Below are positions 63,195 to 64,000 of a stretch of 64,000 nucleotides of DNA, piece after piece (the first letter of the stretch is position 1; each line of letters opens with the position of its first letter). Origin of the DNA: Malacoraja senta (taxonomy: Eukaryota); NCBI GenBank assembly GCA_038087875.1, contig CM075978.1:100688001-100752000 (forward strand), read 5' to 3'. Made by a program: the position numbers and the translations under genes. The notes below the pieces were generated by a model. That model did not search any database and was not told the DNA's origin. It saw only the letters and a list, made by a program, of their open reading frames with translations.

Positions 63195-64000
63195 CTTATC
63201 AATCTAAACACAATATCCCATAATAAAAAAGCGAAAACAGGTGTTTAGAAATTTTTGCAAAGTAATTAAAAAGAAATAATTGAAATATCACATTTACATA
63301 AATATCCAGACCCTTTACTAAGTACTTTGTTGAGCACCTTTGGCAGCGATTACAACCATGTCTTCTTGGGTATGACGCTACAAGCTTGGCACACCTGTAT
63401 TTGGGTAATTTCTCCCATTCTTCTCTGCAGATCCCCTCAAGCTCTGTCAGGTTGGATGGGGAGCGTCAATGCACAGCTATTTTCAGGGCCCTCCAGAGAT
63501 GTTCGATCGGATTCAAGTCCGGGCTCTGGCTGGGCCACATAAGAACATTCACAGACTTGTCATGAAGCCACTCCTGCGTTGTCTTGGCTGTGTGCTTAAA
63601 GCTCTGTCCCACAGTACGTGTTCATTCCAAGAGCTCTCCCAAGTTAAAAAAAAATCAAACTCGTGGTGAGCACGGAGAATGAACGTAGCGGGTACGTTGG
63701 AGCTCGGGGACGTCTCTTAGCGGCTCGTAACGTGAACGGCACGAACTCGGGAAGACTCGCTAATGGCAGATAATCGGGAAGACTCGCTAACGACAGGTAA
63801 ACACGGGAAGACTCGTGAAGATTTTTCAACATGTTGAAAAATGTCCACGAGAGCCCAGAGTACCGACGACTGGCCATTACCGTAAATCTCTGAGTTCGAA
63901 TCAGGGCAAACGCGGGGGAGCTCTTGGAATGAACTTGTACTTTGGGACAGGGCTTTAAGGGTTGTTGTCCTGTTGGAAGGTAAACCTCCGCCCCAGTCTG
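63195..64000 (-). mobile_element. Tc1-like transposon remnant (runs off the window)
   Basis: Typical Tc1 subterminal text (atatccagaccctttact) and antisense transposase-like sequence, continuous across the nested MITE. Confidence 0.75.
63600..63954. mobile_element. MITE with ~40-bp imperfect TIRs, flanked by TTAA (Harbinger- or Kolobok-like), nested in Tc1
   Basis: agctctgtcccacagtacgtgttcattccaagagctc ... gagctcttggaatgaacttgtactttgggacagggct, with TTAA at 63596-63599 and 63955-63958. Confidence 0.8.

Noticed and set aside
1-64000. CRISPR arrays, rRNA or prokaryotic systems
   Set aside because: No repeat-spacer arrays or rRNA were seen, and the content is typical of vertebrate introns and TEs.

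Overview
This is repeat-dense vertebrate genomic DNA. The HE1-type SINEs and HER1/CR1 LINEs suggest a cartilaginous fish, probably a skate or ray (inference). Most of the window is transposable elements: CR1, L1, Rex1/Babar, DIRS, Penelope-derived units with hammerhead cores, hAT, Tc1 and MITEs. One + strand host gene can be assembled by hand from phase-compatible GT-AG exons. It has a leader (14230-14278), a 25-kb intron and four tandem exons that each encode a complete germline V+J Ig domain (39292-39642, 40562-40906, 42608-42955, 45000-46004). These are followed by an uncharged TM exon (51318-51462) and four 42-44-nt cytoplasmic mini-exons encoding an ITIM-like AVYSTV and an intron-split ITAM (YMDL-x7-YGHL). 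It looks like a non-rearranging multi-VJ signalling receptor resembling antigen-receptor V domains, and I cannot assign it to a named gene. A Rex1 LINE has split the fourth V exon, predicting 3V-membrane, 3V-secreted or 4V isoforms. Also notable are a full-length L1 with a ~150-bp target duplication, a 4-kb tandem duplication with captured LINE DNA at the junction, and many minimal hammerhead motifs. No database searches were run.
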